This document shows, in pieces, positions 18,894 to 20,000 of a stretch of 20,000 nucleotides of DNA; position 1 is the first letter of the stretch, and the number at the start of each line of letters is the position of its first letter. This DNA comes from Mesotaenium endlicherianum. Taxonomy: Eukaryota. The notes under the pieces are model-generated. The model saw only the letters and a program-made list of their open reading frames with translations, made no database searches and was not told the DNA's origin. A program made the position numbers and the translations under genes. Location of the stretch: assembly GCA_009602735.1 (NCBI GenBank), contig WELA01000984.1, positions 395,226-415,225 of the forward strand. The letters run 5' to 3'.

Positions 18894-20000
18894 GTGCCAA
18901 TTTCTTCTGAGCTTTTGACAACACGACTTAGTGAGCAGGAAATTCTAGGAGTTTGCGTGCAAGCCCCAAGAATCCTTGTTCACTCAGGCATACACGATAT
19001 AAATATATTTCGAAACGAATATATTTGTATGCCAGTGTTGAGCTTTGCTGAGTTCTTGGAACTCGAGTGCATCCATGATACCATGTTCTTGCACTTTCAG
19101 CCGCATGATCCTAACCTTGCCAAGTGTTACAAACACTTACCTCGCTTACAGAAAATGCCCAAGTGTCTTGCACCAATATATATTGCTGCATTCATACATA
19201 TTTGCGTGTACTTCAACCCGATTACTCGGTTTCGCGCAAGGACAGCAATGCAAAATGGGATTTTGGTAAAGGACCTCCATATTTCCCACATTCCTCTTAA
19301 GGCGAGGACATTGCTAGTGATGCATAATGCTTCTTTGGGGCTAAGTATGACGTTTGACGCGAAAGTTTCAGGCAAGTCATGCTTCACCATCATTGATTCA
19401 GGCGCGTCAGTGAGCTTCATTAGTGCACGTTTTGCACAAGGGATGAAGTTGATTCCAACACTCAAGAACGAGGACCTTCGACTTGGCGATGGTTCCTTAG
19501 CTTGTACTCTTGGAAAGATAAAGTTGCAGCTCAAAGTGCAATCATACATCGGCCACGAACAATTCTATGTTACTAAGTTGCCCGAGGGTATTGATGCAAT
19601 TTTGGGAACAACTTGGCTTACGCAAACAAGTGCATTGCTTGACTTCAGTCAAAAGACATGCATTGTACGCAAAGGGACAAGGAAGATCACTCTTCAATCC
19701 CTAAAGCCCGATATGGAATTAGAAAGTCCCTCCAAGACTCTTCTATTGTCCATAAAGCAAGCTAGACGTTTGGCAAAGAAAGGTCAAAATGTTTTCTTTG
19801 GATTACTACGACCTGATTCCCCAGTCACTAAGCTCTCCAAGGAGGAGCCTACACTCAATTTGACTGGTCATGAAGACACACTTACAGCTAAACTTTCTGC
19901 TCTTTTGCAAAAGTACAAGGCAATGTTTCCAAGTGAAATACCGCCTGGCCTCCCGCCTGATAGGGGTATTGGACATACGATTCCTCTCGTTCCTGATGCT
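18894..20000 (+). CDS. pol: Partial pol of D: unknown N-terminal region, aspartic protease, start of RT region
   Basis: Frame is open from TAA 18891-18893 to the edge and is absent from the ORF track because it has no stop; contains IIDSGASVSFIS, DAILGTTWL and PPGLPPDRGIGHTIPLVP. Confidence 0.88.
   Translation, partial: MPISSELLTTRLSEQEILGVCVQAPRILVHSGIHDINIFRNEYICMPVLSFAEFLELECIHDTMFLHFQPHDPNLAKCYKHLPRLQKMPKCLAPIYIAAFIHICVYFNPITRFRARTAMQNGILVKDLHISHIPLKARTLLVMHNASLGLSMTFDAKVSGKSCFTIIDSGASVSFISARFAQGMKLIPTLKNEDLRLGDGSLACTLGKIKLQLKVQSYIGHEQFYVTKLPEGIDAILGTTWLTQTSALLDFSQKTCIVRKGTRKITLQSLKPDMELESPSKTLLLSIKQARRLAKKGQNVFFGLLRPDSPVTKLSKEEPTLNLTGHEDTLTAKLSALLQKYKAMFPSEIPPGLPPDRGIGHTIPLVPDA

Larger units (their letters stand above)
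16925..20000 (+). mobile_element. Element D: 5' part of a third Ty3/gypsy family
   Basis: LTR-like region ending GTCACA at 17873, then PBS, leader repeats, and a protease/pre-RT frame open to the edge. Confidence 0.85.

Overview
Eukaryotic (most likely plant or green-algal) repeat DNA with no host genes. The window is a nest of Ty3/gypsy LTR retrotransposons that can be resolved layer by layer from target-site duplications (TSDs). The oldest layer is a piggyBac-like transposase remnant (16516-16902, minus). A decayed chromovirus, element C (minus; 5' LTR 15798-16515, internal region down to 3388), is inserted in it. C carries three insertions of one younger chromovirus family: an intact copy B (5948-12660, minus, TSD TTAGC), a solo LTR (3875-4380, TSD GAGAC) and copy A (plus, running in from the left edge to 3387). 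On the right, a 22-bp LTR stub of the same young family is followed by a third family, element D (plus, ~16925 to the edge). D is the most unusual part. On its antisense strand it has a tRNA-like Pol III A/B-box module in the LTR and three tandem repeats resembling the 5S rRNA internal control region in the leader. It has no recognisable gag and has an unexplained ~140-aa domain before the protease. All comparisons were made by eye; no searches were run.
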